Source of the DNA: a virus
Lineage: Duplodnaviria; Caudoviricetes
DNA: 60,889 nucleotides
IMG/VR virus record: IMGVR_UViG_3300032898_000004
Coordinates: 1-60,889 of that record
Reading direction: 5' to 3' (one strand)
The translations under genes were made by a program, and so were the position numbers. The notes beneath the pieces are model-generated. The model ran no database searches and was not told the DNA's origin. It worked only from the letters and a program-made list of their open reading frames with translations. Of this stretch, positions 38,374 through 49,475 are shown piece after piece. Each line of letters starts with the position of its first letter. Position 1 is the first letter of the stretch.

Positions 38374-38730
38374 GTGAACCACACGATCACCGCCGAAGAG
38401 ATCGCGTTCTACGTGAGGATGACCAAGCAGCGCCTGGACGCGGTGGCCGCGTCGGTGAAGGACCAGCTGAGCGGGGAGTTCCCCGAGGTGGACAGCTTCT
38501 CGATGGATGCGCTGCTGGAGCGGCAGGAGCAGCACCGCGTCTGGCACCGCCTGCAGTCGCTCGTCAGCGGCGGAGTGACTCCGGAGACGGCGCTCAAGGC
38601 GGTCATGAAGGAGCTCAACCGCACGCTCCGCGACACCGGCACCACCCCGTCCGCGGTATCTCGCGCCATGTGGGAGGCCAGGCGTCACGTGGCCGCGCAG
38701 TTCGTGGAGCAGTGGGACTCGCAGAGCTAA
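38374..38730 (+). CDS. hypothetical protein
   Basis: promoter 38310-38338, GAGGAG RBS, terminator 38748-38780. Confidence 0.75.
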   Translation: MNHTITAEEIAFYVRMTKQRLDAVAASVKDQLSGEFPEVDSFSMDALLERQEQHRVWHRLQSLVSGGVTPETALKAVMKELNRTLRDTGTTPSAVSRAMWEARRHVAAQFVEQWDSQS

Positions 38731-38880
38731 CTGCTCAGTGCGCAAACGGCAACGGCCCCCGGTTGGGGGCCGTTGCTTTTGCTGTCTACTTCCGCCGCCA
38801 CTTTCGGAGGTGCCAGCCGAGGACGATCCCGGCGATGAACCAGGTGAGGCAGGAGATCGCGAGACCGCCGTAGAAGCTGG

Positions 38881-41088
38881 TCACTCAGTCATCCCGATCG
38901 GCGTGCCGTTCCAGCCCTCCGCGTCCTGCCTGAGGACGTAGTTGTAGTGGCGAGACGACGTCTCGCCGCGCGTCCACCAGCTCACCTGGAACTCGTCTCC
39001 ATCCTCGTTGCCGTAGATGGAGACGTCGTGCGTCTCCGCCTCGTCCAGCAGCTTACAGAGCTGGGCGATGATCCTCAATTGACCCGTCATCCCTCTTCCG
39101 CTCTCCGCAACGTGTCGGCACGACGCAGGTCACCCTCGCTGTCACCAGCGACGTCGTCCCACTTGACCAGGTACGCCCGCTGGAACCCGCCGTCAGCGAT
39201 CATCCTCACCACCCAGTCGATGGTGCCAAGTGCACCGGTCTCCGCGTCGGCCACGCGGTCGTCCTCGTGGAATCGCTCGTCGGTGCTCACTTCATCCCTC
39301 TCGTGAAACTGACCGCGACGATGAGCGCGTAGACGCCGACGACGATCATCGCGAGGGCGATGACACCGCCGGCACCCAACGCCGCGTACACGAGCCAGTC
39401 TGGCACGTGGATCGTCACCGCAGCGTCTGCGCTATGACGTTCATGAACTCCAGCAGGGAGACGGTCCGGTCAGCCGGCAGCGTCAAGATCACCTGTAGCG
39501 TCTCGCACATGAGCACCATCGCCGTCGCGTCCTTCTGGATGGCGCCGGGCAGCACCTTGTTGATCAGGTGCAGTGCCAGGTCGATGCGCTGCTGGAGTTC
39601 CTGCTCAGTCTCGGTCACTCGTTGATCTCCAAACTCACCCGCGTGTTCTTCCACACCCACGTGGGGACGAGGGCGATGAAGATCCGCAGGTAGTGCGCGT
39701 CGTAGTCCTCGAAGTGGATGACGGCACCACCCTCGCCCTGGTCGAAGTAGGTGAGGTGCAGGCCGCCGTCGCTGATGTCGCCGTACTTCCGGTGGAACTC
39801 GTCCTGCGCTTTCATGAGAGCCAGCAGGTGGCCCTCCGACGGGTCGTAGATGTCGAGGGTACTGTACCCACGCGTGTCGATGGCGTGGGGCTCCTCGATG
39901 ATCGCGGTGTCCAGGATGACCTGCTCCGGCTTGCCGCTCACCGGTCCGTGTCCCTCACCGGCCGGAACTCCACCCGTCGCCGAACCTTGACGGCGCGGTA
40001 GACGTTGGTCTTGTAGATCTCGTTGAGCTCCTTCGCGCGGTCGACGGCGTCCTGTGCCTTCCAGAAGTCCCAGTCCTGCAGCTCGTCCTCGTCGTCGCTG
40101 ATGTACTGCGCGACGTCGTAGTAGTCCTCGTCGTAGTCGGCGTAGGGCTCGGGCAGGTCCTTCGGCGTGGCGCTTTCGGTGGTGGTCACTTCTTCTCACT
40201 CTCCTTGTTCTGTCGCAACTGCTCCTCGCGGGCGATGGCCTCGACGCTCACGGTCGTAGTCCCGTCTTCCTCGCGAGGTCCACGAGACCGGCGGCGGTGG
40301 AACGGCAGGTCTCGAATGACCCGTACCCCACCAGCGCCGGTTGCTCGTGGGGGTCACTGGTGTCGATCATCATCAGGTTCCAGTGGTTGTCACCGATGAC
40401 CAGGTGATCGCGGTCATGCTTGATGGTCAGGCGCCTCACAGTCCTCGCGCCTCCCACCTGTGGCTGTCTCCCAGCTTCACCTCGCGGGTCTGCCAGAAGT
40501 TGTTCTCGTCGCTCCGCCACTCGACGGTGTACGTCTGCGGCTCGCCGTCACCGTAACTGCCGGTGAGGTGCACGCCGGCTGCCAGTGCGCGGTTGAGCAG
40601 GTTCCGCAGCTCGCGGGCGAAGGCCTCGCCGGTCTGGTTACTGGCCACCGTGCACCTCCTCGTACCTCTGCTCCAGGGTTGCCTGCCTGAGCACGCTCAC
40701 GCGGTTGGTACCATCGTGCTTGACGACGGCGCGTCCTACGCGCACGACTCGCCAGCCACCGTTGATCTTGACGAAGGCCGCCTGCAGGTCGAGTGACGTC
40801 GCGTACTGGAACTTGACCAGCAACTTGTCACCCATGAAGTCCTGGAGTTCCTCGTGGTTGTGCCCGTTCCAGATCACCACCTCCGCGGTAGTAGAGGTAG
40901 AGCGATGCACGTAGCTCTTAGGCACCGTGCACCTCCGCCACGTGCTTCAGCGCGCCCTGCACCAGGTTCGTGAGGCGCGGCGCGTCGGCGGTGTGCGCGG
41001 AGGCGACGCTGGCGTCGCACTTGTCGCACCTGGCGTGCCACTTGTAGTCGGTCTTGTTGAACTCGACGGTGATCATCGGGGTCTTCAC
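38881..41088 (-). other. run of small coupled hypothetical ORFs
   Basis: 38881-39090, 39087-39290, 39938-40189, 40436-40648, 40638-40925 etc. with overlaps and RBSs. Confidence 0.55.
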
Positions 41089-41245
41089 GTGTTCCTCCTC
41101 GGTTCCGTGTTCTGTGTACATCGTACCACCACGCGCGGTTGGATGCCAGCGCAACTTGGTCTGGAATGGTGTTTACATTTGAGCGTGGAGGTGCTATGAT
41201 GGTACTACCAGGCAGGAACACGGAAACGAGAGAGAAGAGATCATC

Positions 41246-41551
41246 GTGAGCTTCCAGGGAGACGCCATCCTCAAGGTGGACGACGCGATCAGCCCCGCCA
41301 CGCCGGCCGGCCACTGGTGCTACGACGAGACCGACGTCCTGTACGTGATCAAGCGGACCAACGGCCGGCTGATCACCGTCCGCAGCTGCGGCTCACTGGG
41401 CTCGGAGTACGCGCTCGGCAGCTACCACGAGTTCCACGCCGACCAGTCGGGGCGGTCGCTGGGTGGCGGCACCGTCGTGGGGATCAACGACGCGGGTGAA
41501 CTGAGCGGTGAGGTCCCCACCCGCAAGACCATGTACTACGTGTTCAAGTAA
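41246..41551 (+). CDS. hypothetical protein
   Basis: promoter 41172-41200; terminator 41568-41592. Confidence 0.7.
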   Translation: MSFQGDAILKVDDAISPATPAGHWCYDETDVLYVIKRTNGRLITVRSCGSLGSEYALGSYHEFHADQSGRSLGGGTVVGINDAGELSGEVPTRKTMYYVFK

Positions 41552-41687
41552 GGAGCGTCGCTCCGCGAGCCGCCCCCACGTGGGGCGGCTTTCGCGTGCG
41601 CGCACGCTGGATGCTGGCAGGTGTTTACATTTGTGGCGATGCGTGGTATGATGGTACCAGAACACGGAAACGAGACTAGGAGCCACA

Positions 41688-41876
41688 GTGAGCGAGAAGA
41701 TCGAAGTCACCGCCGAGAACGCCCAGGCGATGTACGACTGCATGATGATCGCGGTTCCGTCGCTGCTGGAGCAGATGGCCGGCAAGTACGGCGCCGACCG
41801 TATCGCCGCTGGTGAGGTTGCCTACTTCGAGGCCTTCCAGGTGATCCGGGAGGCGATCGCGCTGGGTGCGAAGTAG
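41688..41876 (+). CDS. hypothetical protein
   Basis: promoter 41624-41652; AGGAG RBS. Confidence 0.7.
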   Translation: MSEKIEVTAENAQAMYDCMMIAVPSLLEQMAGKYGADRIAAGEVAYFEAFQVIREAIALGAK

Positions 41877-41962
41877 CAGGCGGCGAGCCCCCTCAGGTGT
41901 TTACATTTGAGGGGACTCGTGGTATGATGGTACTACCAGCCAGGAACCGAGAGGGAGACACA

Positions 41963-42139
41963 GTGTCGATCAAGAAGATCTTCGAGAAGGCTACCGAGGT
42001 GGAGAACCTCGAGCGGGACGCCAAGCGCCTCGAGGCTGCCGGTTACGACGCGGAGCCCACCAAGTTCCACGCCCAGCTGGCTCGCGTGGAGCTCGAGGAG
42101 CTCGAGGCCCAGCAGCTGCGGCTCCCGGAGGGGCAGTGA
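41963..42139 (+). CDS. hypothetical protein
   Basis: promoter 41900-41928; GGGAG RBS. Confidence 0.65.
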   Translation: MSIKKIFEKATEVENLERDAKRLEAAGYDAEPTKFHAQLARVELEELEAQQLRLPEGQ

Positions 42140-42316
42140 TCAGGGAGTTCGTCGCCCGCGTCCTCGCCAGGCTCGCCTGGTGGGGGCTGCTGGTGGCGGT
42201 GGTGATCTTGCTGGAGCGTGGAGTGCGTTGAAGTCTGCCCTCTCAGGTGTTTACATTTGACACCTGAGAGGGTATACTGGTACTACCAGGTCAGGGAAAC
42301 CGAGAGGGAGAAGAAC

Positions 42317-42535
42317 ATGAACGCCACGATCAAGCTCCAGAAGATCAGCCAGAACACGATCAACGTCCTCGCCGACGGTAAGGTGATCGGCTACGTGGGT
42401 GTGATCCAGATTGGCAAGACTCGCAAGTACATCCCCGTCAAGGTCAACGAGGACGGCTCCCAGGAGCAGATCGGATTCGCTTACGCGCACACCACGCGCA
42501 AGGCAGCGGTTGACCGCGTCGTCAGCGCCGCCTGA
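42317..42535 (+). CDS. hypothetical protein
   Basis: promoter 42250-42278; GGGAG RBS. Confidence 0.7.
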   Translation: MNATIKLQKISQNTINVLADGKVIGYVGVIQIGKTRKYIPVKVNEDGSQEQIGFAYAHTTRKAAVDRVVSAA

Positions 42536-43133
42536 TCACCGCCCACCCGGAGCCCGTCGCACTCGTGGCGGGCTCTCGGTGTCTTACTCACCGCTCGATC
42601 TTCCTCCAGCTCCAATCCGCCATCCACGCCCACGCCCAGTACTGCTCGTAGTCGCAGTCGTCACGCTCACACATCCAGCCGGATGGACTCGCTACGAGCA
42701 GCACTTCACCGTCCTCGTGGTGCCCCGTGCCGCAGGTGAATGGGTGCCACACACCTGACTGCTGATAGGTGTTCAAGGAACGTATCTGCTCATCGTCCCA
42801 GGGCGCAGAAGTCTTCTCCATCACCACTTCACGTACTCCAGATTGTCCTCGTGCACCGTGTCCAGCACGTGCGCGTGGTTGCGGAAGTGGAGCCAGCTCC
42901 ACGACACCTTCACCCAGTGATCATTCACGTGCCCCTCCACCCGGCCCCAGCAGCACCACGGGTCGTCCGCACCACGCAACCTCACCAGCGCTCCCACCCA
43001 CCACAAGGGGAACAGCGGATCCTGCTTCCAGGTGGCGCTCACCGGCGCCACCACAGCGTCGCCCCGATGATCACTCCACCGTAGAGTCCGATGGCGATGC
43101 CGGCGACGTACGTCCACCACAGCCGTCGTTTGG

Positions 43134-43496
43134 TTACCACGAACTGATCAACTCCTCCACGATCGTCCCTGGCAGATCATACCACTCACCCCTGACCCGG
43201 TGCCGCCACAGGCGCTGGTGCCAGCACCACTCATCCCACTTGGTGCCGTCGGCCTCGTGCACCAACTCCACAGGAAACGGGCCGCCGTGCTCCAGCTGCT
43301 TCACGCGGGCCGTGGCGGTCTTCTGCGTGAAGCCGACCTTGTGGTAACCCTGGCACCTGGCCAGGTAGAGCGAGCCCGTGTAGCGGGTCATGAGGCCCGC
43401 ATCGCGGTCGTTGTAGATCCCCTGGTAGAGTGGCGTGTTGGGGCCGGTGCTGAGGAAGGTGCGATGTGGCATCGACACGCCGAAGTTATTCGTCAC
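43134..43496 (-). CDS. GIY-YIG-like (T5orf172/MUG113) nuclease domain protein
   Basis: LYLA....HKVGFT.....RVKQL..G.P...H......RVRGEWYDL. Confidence 0.75.
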   Translation of the reverse strand: MTNNFGVSMPHRTFLSTGPNTPLYQGIYNDRDAGLMTRYTGSLYLARCQGYHKVGFTQKTATARVKQLEHGGPFPVELVHEADGTKWDEWCWHQRLWRHRVRGEWYDLPGTIVEELISSW

Positions 43497-43775
43497 CTTC
43501 GCCTCACCTTCCGCACCGGCACGTCGCCACTCCTCAGCGCCTCGATCAACGCCGTGATCGTCGCCTCGCTCATCGGCGCCTTCACCGCCTCGATGTAGCG
43601 GCGCGCGGCGACGTACTCCCCCACGCGCTTCCGCATCCGGTCGACGTTGAACGGTCTCACGGCTGCCTCGGTGGCACCACGTAGATCCTCATCTCCGCCA
43701 GTGCCCAGCAGATGTCCCACCACAGGCACCTGTAGCAACCCGGCACGTCACAGTCTACCCACCAGTGCCAGCGCT

Positions 43776-45248
43776 CTACCATTTGACGACTACTAAGCGT
43801 CGCGCGGCGCGGGTCACGGCCGTGTAGACCCAGCGCTCGTAGTCCATGGGATTCTCGTCGATGACGATCACGTCGTCGTACTCACTCCCCTGCGCCTTAT
43901 GGGCGGTGATCGCGTAGCCGTAGTCCCACATCGTCCAGGGCAGAGAGTACGTCTTGGGTGGGCGCAGCTGACTGTTGAGTGGCAGCGCCGAGTACTCGTT
44001 GAACTGGTGAACCGCGGCGTGGGTAAACACGACCGCGTCGTCGCCCTGACAGTCACGCACGTCATCCAGGGCGATGGAAAGCCCAATCGTAAGACCCTGC
44101 TTGTCCCGCTCACCCACGGCGGTGACCGTACCAGTCTGCCCATTGTGGACGTAGATACGGTGGCTCAGGTTGCGGCTGATCTTCAGCTCGCCCTCCTTGT
44201 CCCTGATGAACGGGAAGAGGTGGGCACCAGCGAGCGAGATCACGCGATCACCAACGCGTGGCAGCCCATCCGGGTCGCCAGTCTTCGAGCGCATGAGCTG
44301 GTTCATCGCGACGCGGGTCTTGTTCTTCCAGGTGATCACCACGCGGCGCGGCCCACACTCGAAGCGGTCGAACAGTGCCGTCACGTGGTCACCGTGCAGG
44401 GCGCGGAACAGCACGCCAATCTCCGACGAGGCGTCCATCAGTCCCACGGTGTGGCCGTTCCGCACCGAGTGTGCCAGCTGGGTGATCGAGGCACCCTCAC
44501 CCTGCCGGTGGTTGATCTCGAGGCACGCGGTGGGAGTCTTGATCCAGGGGTTCATGTCCGCCTTTACCGGTGGCAACTGCCCGTGGTCGCCCACGAGCAA
44601 CACTGGCACGCCGAAACTCCGAAGGTCGTTGATCTGCTCCGTCGACACCATCGACGACTCGTCCACGATGATGACGTGCTTCCAGCCGCCCAAGTACGCG
44701 CGCTTCTCGAACACGAGGCGCTCGCGGACCTTGCAGTCCAGTCCATGATGCTCCCCGCACGGTACCCACGCCTTCGCCGCTGCCCCACCCGCCTCATCGT
44801 CCTCTACCACGTCCAGCTTTGACCGGTCGCAGTAGTAGTAGGTGTGCGGGTAGTAGATCAACGCGTGGTACGTCGAGACGTTTGGCCGTGCCGTGTACGT
44901 CGTCCCGTCCTCGGCGGTCTTCTCCACGTCCGGCAGCTTTCGACGCAGCACCGCCGCAGCCTTGTGCGTTGGCGCGCAGTACGCGACCTGTGCCTTGAGA
45001 CGCTTGGTGATCTCCCCCATCACCGTCGTCTTCCCCGTTCCCGCCAGTCCACCGAGACTCATCACCGGGTACTCGTGTGCCCGTCCGTGGGTATGCGCGC
45101 CCCGCGGGCACCCACCGGCTTCCTCGGTCTCTCTCGTCCCCTCGTCGCAGAAGTGGGCGATGTCCGTCACCGGGATGCCCTGGTACCAACTCACGATCGT
45201 CTCGACCGCCGTGACCTGGTCGGCCGACAACTTGATCGTCGTTTCCAT
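43776..45248 (-). CDS. RecD/Dda-like superfamily 1B DNA helicase
   Basis: GLAGTGKT, APTHKAA, VDESSMV, GDHGQLPPV, GYAITAHKAQGSEY, YTAVTRA. Confidence 0.92.
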   Translation of the reverse strand: METTIKLSADQVTAVETIVSWYQGIPVTDIAHFCDEGTRETEEAGGCPRGAHTHGRAHEYPVMSLGGLAGTGKTTVMGEITKRLKAQVAYCAPTHKAAAVLRRKLPDVEKTAEDGTTYTARPNVSTYHALIYYPHTYYYCDRSKLDVVEDDEAGGAAAKAWVPCGEHHGLDCKVRERLVFEKRAYLGGWKHVIIVDESSMVSTEQINDLRSFGVPVLLVGDHGQLPPVKADMNPWIKTPTACLEINHRQGEGASITQLAHSVRNGHTVGLMDASSEIGVLFRALHGDHVTALFDRFECGPRRVVITWKNKTRVAMNQLMRSKTGDPDGLPRVGDRVISLAGAHLFPFIRDKEGELKISRNLSHRIYVHNGQTGTVTAVGERDKQGLTIGLSIALDDVRDCQGDDAVVFTHAAVHQFNEYSALPLNSQLRPPKTYSLPWTMWDYGYAITAHKAQGSEYDDVIVIDENPMDYERWVYTAVTRAARRLVVVKW

Positions 45249-45360
45249 CCCGTCTCCACTCTCATCCGCGGGTTGCTCCCGCTTCTGGGTACATTATATA
45301 ACCCCATCAACCCACCCGACCATCACCGTCCAGCTGGTGGATGATCTTCAGTTGCCACCT

Positions 45361-45616
45361 GGTCTCGGTCTTTTAGGTCTCTTGGTCTTTTTTGCTACTA
45401 TGACCGCGTATACGCTAAAACCGCTCTAGATCATCACTTTCATCTCTACAGCCTTAACCTTTAACTAAAAGACCAAAAGACCTAAAAGACCAGAAAGATC
45501 TAGAGTAGACTGTCATAGACCCAGGTAGATGGATTGTCCTCTAAAGTTGATCATGTTGGTCTTTTTCTGGTCTTTTGACGGGAGAAGGCGGTCTTCCGCA
45601 GAAAGACCGCCTTCTT
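45361..45616. repeat. AT-enriched intergenic region with direct and inverted AAAAGACC/GGTCTTTT repeats (putative replication origin)
   Basis: about 10 copies of (A)AAGACC or its complement in opposed blocks, between helicase and primase-helicase genes. Confidence 0.6.
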
Positions 45617-45635
45617 GTCCCCAAACTAAGATCAA

Positions 45636-47393
45636 CTACTCCAATGAGTACGCCGTCATGATCGTCTCCGTCGTCTGCAGCGGGTCTTCCACGGTCTTTT
45701 CCATCAACCGCAGCCCAGCCACACCGCGAATCCTGGTCTTCCCGTCAGCCCCCTGGTCACGCACGATGGTCACACCAGGCAACTGCTCCAACGCCTTGTA
45801 AAACGCGTTCCGCCGCAAGTACTTGACACTCTCGTCTGGGTGCTGTACCTTCACGTACGCTTGGAATGCGTTCCAGAAGATGCCCGGTGACTTCAGGTCC
45901 TTCATCGCGACCGGCACTGCCTCACATCGCTCAGCGAAGAACATCTCCGTCACCCCGAGGTTCTCCGCCTGGTACGCAGCGAGCTCAATCCGCATCTCCG
46001 ACGTGATCACGAGTCCGGTCGCTGCCCCGAACGTCTCCCGCGCGACCCACCACTCCCGCCACCACCGCACCAGCCACGCGAACACGGCCTCCCGCTCCTC
46101 CCCCAGCACGGCCGCCTTCACGTCGTACTGGTCCGTCTTCGGCACGGGGATCTTCGACAGCCGCAACACGGCCAGGCGGTTCACCACCTGCGGGGTCAGG
46201 TTCGCCATCGGGAGCTCGTTCGTCGTCGTGTACATGGCCCAGGTCGCGAGGACGTTCGTGATGTCCTGGCGCATCTTCCGCAGGCCCACCACCGACCCCT
46301 CCGGGTTCACCAGCCGGAGCACCTGCTCCTCGTCCAGGCGCATCGTGCTGGTCAACTCGTTCACGACCGCGAGCCGCTTCCCCATGAGCAGACTCTCGTC
46401 CGCGTCGTGCCGGTCACCACGCCGCTTGACGATGATGTTGGGCCGCAGTGACAGGCACGCCAAGCCACTCCCTAGGACGTCACCGACGATCTCGAGCACC
46501 TGGTTCTTGCCGATGTCCGTCGCGCCAATGAGGATGAACATCTTCTTCTCGGGGTTCGACCCGTGCAGCGCGTACCCGAGCACCCGCTGCAGCGCCGCGA
46601 GCCGGTCCCACGCCACGCCATCCGTCACCTCACCCGGCGCCGCGCACGTCCGTCGCAGCAACTGCGCGAAGTGCGGTGCCACGTCCTCGAGCTCCACGCC
46701 GTCCGCCGCCAGCTCCGGACGGTACTGGACGTCCACGCGGTTCGTGATCCGGTCCTCCGGCCTCGCTTCCCGCAGCTCACCCGTGCGCACGTCGTACGTT
46801 CCCGACAGGGTGTGCAGCAGCGCCGAGTCCCGGTCGAAGTCCGTGCCCTGGACCTTCTGCACCGTGTGCTCCAGGGCGCTCACCACCCCACGCGCGCCCG
46901 AGTTCGAGAAGATCCGGTACCAGGCCATGGTAGACGCGATCTTCTCCTTGGCTTCCTTCCGCTCGTCGTCCTTCCCGTCCGCCACCAGCAACGGCCAGCC
47001 CTGCTGGTCAACCTCTCGCTGGCACGCCAGTCGCACGTTCATCGACAGCGCGCGCACGTACCGGCGCATCTGCTCACTGCGGACACCGTCCAGCACCCAG
47101 TGCCGATACGTCGTGTCGTACGCGTAGAACCGCTGCTGCTCCGCGTCCCAACCCAGCAGCGGCCCAACCTGGGCAGCCAGAAGCTCCGCCATGCCGGCCT
47201 GGTCCTGGGTCCGCGTCTGCACGTCGTGCTGGAAGTGCAGGTCACCGATCGTCTCCTCCAGCGACAGCGACACCTGCCCGCCGTCACCGTTACCCGCGTC
47301 CACCGCCGTTACCGTCTTCACCTGCGACGGTGGTGGCTCATTCCCCACGATCCCGGCGATGTCGTCGTACTCGAAGCTGCCGGTGTTGGTCAC
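45636..47393 (-). CDS. D5/P4-like primase-associated SF3 helicase
   Basis: D5_N-like region (LLHTLSGTYDVRTGELR), Walker A GATDIGKN, KRLAVVNE, TTNELP. Confidence 0.85.
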   Translation of the reverse strand: MTNTGSFEYDDIAGIVGNEPPPSQVKTVTAVDAGNGDGGQVSLSLEETIGDLHFQHDVQTRTQDQAGMAELLAAQVGPLLGWDAEQQRFYAYDTTYRHWVLDGVRSEQMRRYVRALSMNVRLACQREVDQQGWPLLVADGKDDERKEAKEKIASTMAWYRIFSNSGARGVVSALEHTVQKVQGTDFDRDSALLHTLSGTYDVRTGELREARPEDRITNRVDVQYRPELAADGVELEDVAPHFAQLLRRTCAAPGEVTDGVAWDRLAALQRVLGYALHGSNPEKKMFILIGATDIGKNQVLEIVGDVLGSGLACLSLRPNIIVKRRGDRHDADESLLMGKRLAVVNELTSTMRLDEEQVLRLVNPEGSVVGLRKMRQDITNVLATWAMYTTTNELPMANLTPQVVNRLAVLRLSKIPVPKTDQYDVKAAVLGEEREAVFAWLVRWWREWWVARETFGAATGLVITSEMRIELAAYQAENLGVTEMFFAERCEAVPVAMKDLKSPGIFWNAFQAYVKVQHPDESVKYLRRNAFYKALEQLPGVTIVRDQGADGKTRIRGVAGLRLMEKTVEDPLQTTETIMTAYSLE

Positions 47394-48589
47394 TTGCCAC
47401 TCTCCCGACGGATCGCCGCCATCGCCGACCGCACCGTGCGCGCGATCACGGCACGGTCACCATCCGTCCACGGCGGGGTCACCTCCGAGATCCACCGAGT
47501 CACCGTGTCAACCCCGTACCCGAGCTGCAGCAGGTCCTTCGCCGTCGCGTACACCTGGTTGTTCCAGCCGCCGTGCTGGTCAGCCACGCGCACCAGCGCG
47601 AGGATCAAGGTCACGTACCGCCGCCACGCGGGAAGACTGCCGTCCAGTTCCGCGTCCACGGCACCCGCCCCGTACGGTGCCGCGAGCATCACGTCTCGCG
47701 CGTCGAGCGCCTGCTTCTCGAGGGCCCTGCGCTTCTCACCACCCGGACGCGGACGCCGGGGCAGCTCGTCCCGGAGCCAGACAGCCAGCTGGTCCGGCAT
47801 CTCCCGCACCGGCAGGTCACGCACGACCTCGTACCCCAGGGACGGTGGCGCGGCAGCCCACGACCGGTCAGCGCCGTCGTTGTGGGAGATCACGTCCACC
47901 CGCCAGTCCTCGCGGTGCCCCGTGGTCCGCAGCTTCACGCGTGGATTCTCGCCGAGGTAGAAGTGGTGGCCGCCCGACTTCGTCTTCACCGTGTACGTGG
48001 CGATGTCCGTTGCCGCCAACCCGATCTCCGGAAGCAGCTTCATCAGGTCATCCACGCCGTACCTGGTATCGACTAGGTCGGCGACCGTGACCGACCCGTC
48101 CTCGCGGAAGACGAACCCGGATTCGCGGTAGTAGTGCTTCACGTCGCAGTCCAGCAGCACGAGTCCCGACACCGCCGGAAGGATGCCAACGTCGAGGCCC
48201 TGCTTATTCACGACGCCACTCAGTCCCGCCCAGTCCAGACTGGTCCCATCCCAGATCACCCGTCGAGCTGTCCGCTCCTCCGCGGACATCGACGCTGACG
48301 GCATCGGTGATGCCGGCCGCCGTCCCTCGTCCTCCGTGGCCCGCCGCAGTGGCAGGTACTTCCAGCCGACACCGAGGTGCCTCGGACCCCCGTCGCCCTC
48401 TCCATCTGACCCACCCGAACCGTCAGGCACTAGAGACACCACGGCCGCTCCATTCACACACGTGCAGAGAAGAGGACAATCCGCCCCTGATGTCGTCGTC
48501 TGCCCAGGAGCGGAAGGTAAGTCAATCCTATACCTTCGGTGCCCTAGATGACCATCGCGGAATTGCCCCACGTGTAAACATCTGGACAT
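47390..48589 (-). CDS. bifunctional DNA primase/polymerase (Prim-Pol) domain protein; true start probably internal
   Basis: VGILPAVSGLVLLDCD, TKSGGHHFY, AAAPPS motifs. Confidence 0.8.
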   Translation of the reverse strand: MSRCLHVGQFRDGHLGHRRYRIDLPSAPGQTTTSGADCPLLCTCVNGAAVVSLVPDGSGGSDGEGDGGPRHLGVGWKYLPLRRATEDEGRRPASPMPSASMSAEERTARRVIWDGTSLDWAGLSGVVNKQGLDVGILPAVSGLVLLDCDVKHYYRESGFVFREDGSVTVADLVDTRYGVDDLMKLLPEIGLAATDIATYTVKTKSGGHHFYLGENPRVKLRTTGHREDWRVDVISHNDGADRSWAAAPPSLGYEVVRDLPVREMPDQLAVWLRDELPRRPRPGGEKRRALEKQALDARDVMLAAPYGAGAVDAELDGSLPAWRRYVTLILALVRVADQHGGWNNQVYATAKDLLQLGYGVDTVTRWISEVTPPWTDGDRAVIARTVRSAMAAIRRESGK

Positions 48590-48637
48590 GAAAAACCCCC
48601 GAGACGATCACGTCCCGGGGGTTTAAGGATCAAGCTG

Positions 48638-49285
48638 TTACGCCGCGTACCGCGCCCGCCCGTTGGCCGTGTGCCGCAGCCACAACCGCACCGCCGGCAG
48701 CGAGTACCCGGTCTCGTCGGCGATCTGCTGGGCGGTGTGCCCGGCGTCGACCAACTCCCGCACCAGCTTGTCCCGTTCCAGCGCCGCCGCGCGGTTCGGC
48801 GAGTCCATCGATGTCCCACCCCGCACCAGTGACGCCGCCGCGCACAGGTCCCGCAGGTGGTAGACCGTTCCCGTCGGGATGTCGGGCGGCAGCTTCGACG
48901 GGCGGTCACCACCAGCGGGGAGCAGGGGAGTGGTGATCGCCTCCTCGACGTCCCAGCCGTGGTAGAGCCGGCCGTGCAGCGTGATCCGCGTCACCCGGCA
49001 CCGCGGGTCCTGCGACCACGCCGCCACGGTCTTGAGCTCACCGAACGCCTCCACGCCGTGCGCCCGCGCCCGGTTCTGCTCCAGCAGGTCGCGGACCCTC
49101 GTCCGCTCCAGGTACGGCAGCGTCTCCACGAGCTGGCGGACGTACTCGCCGGTGATCCCCAACTTCTCGCCAAGCTTCCGCGTCGACGTCACTTCCGAGT
49201 CATCCAGCAGGACGGCCACCAGTTCAGGCAGCCACTTCAACGCGTTGTGCCTAGTCTGTCCCACTTCCGGTCTCCATCTCATCAT
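48638..49285 (-). CDS. multi-HTH DNA-binding protein
   Basis: KLGEKLGITGEYVRQL; FGELKTVAAWS...RL..GWDVEEA; AQQIADETGYS. Confidence 0.65.
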   Translation of the reverse strand: MMRWRPEVGQTRHNALKWLPELVAVLLDDSEVTSTRKLGEKLGITGEYVRQLVETLPYLERTRVRDLLEQNRARAHGVEAFGELKTVAAWSQDPRCRVTRITLHGRLYHGWDVEEAITTPLLPAGGDRPSKLPPDIPTGTVYHLRDLCAAASLVRGGTSMDSPNRAAALERDKLVRELVDAGHTAQQIADETGYSLPAVRLWLRHTANGRARYAA

Positions 49286-49475
49286 CGTTCTCGTCGTCCA
49301 CCCAGATCAGACCTGGCAGGTCATCGTCGTCCCAGGTGAACCGGCTGTGCACCGGACCGAAGAACCCCACGTTCGGCTCCACGTCCCGATCGTCGTTCTC
49401 GGCGATCCTCTCGTCTCGGTCACCGCTCATCTTGATCATCTCGCTCTCGGTTGCACTGTATCAACTGCTGTTACC

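Noticed and set aside
48550-48578. Additional family promoter at TGTAAA 48573
   Set aside because: No TAnnnT element at 17-bp spacing.
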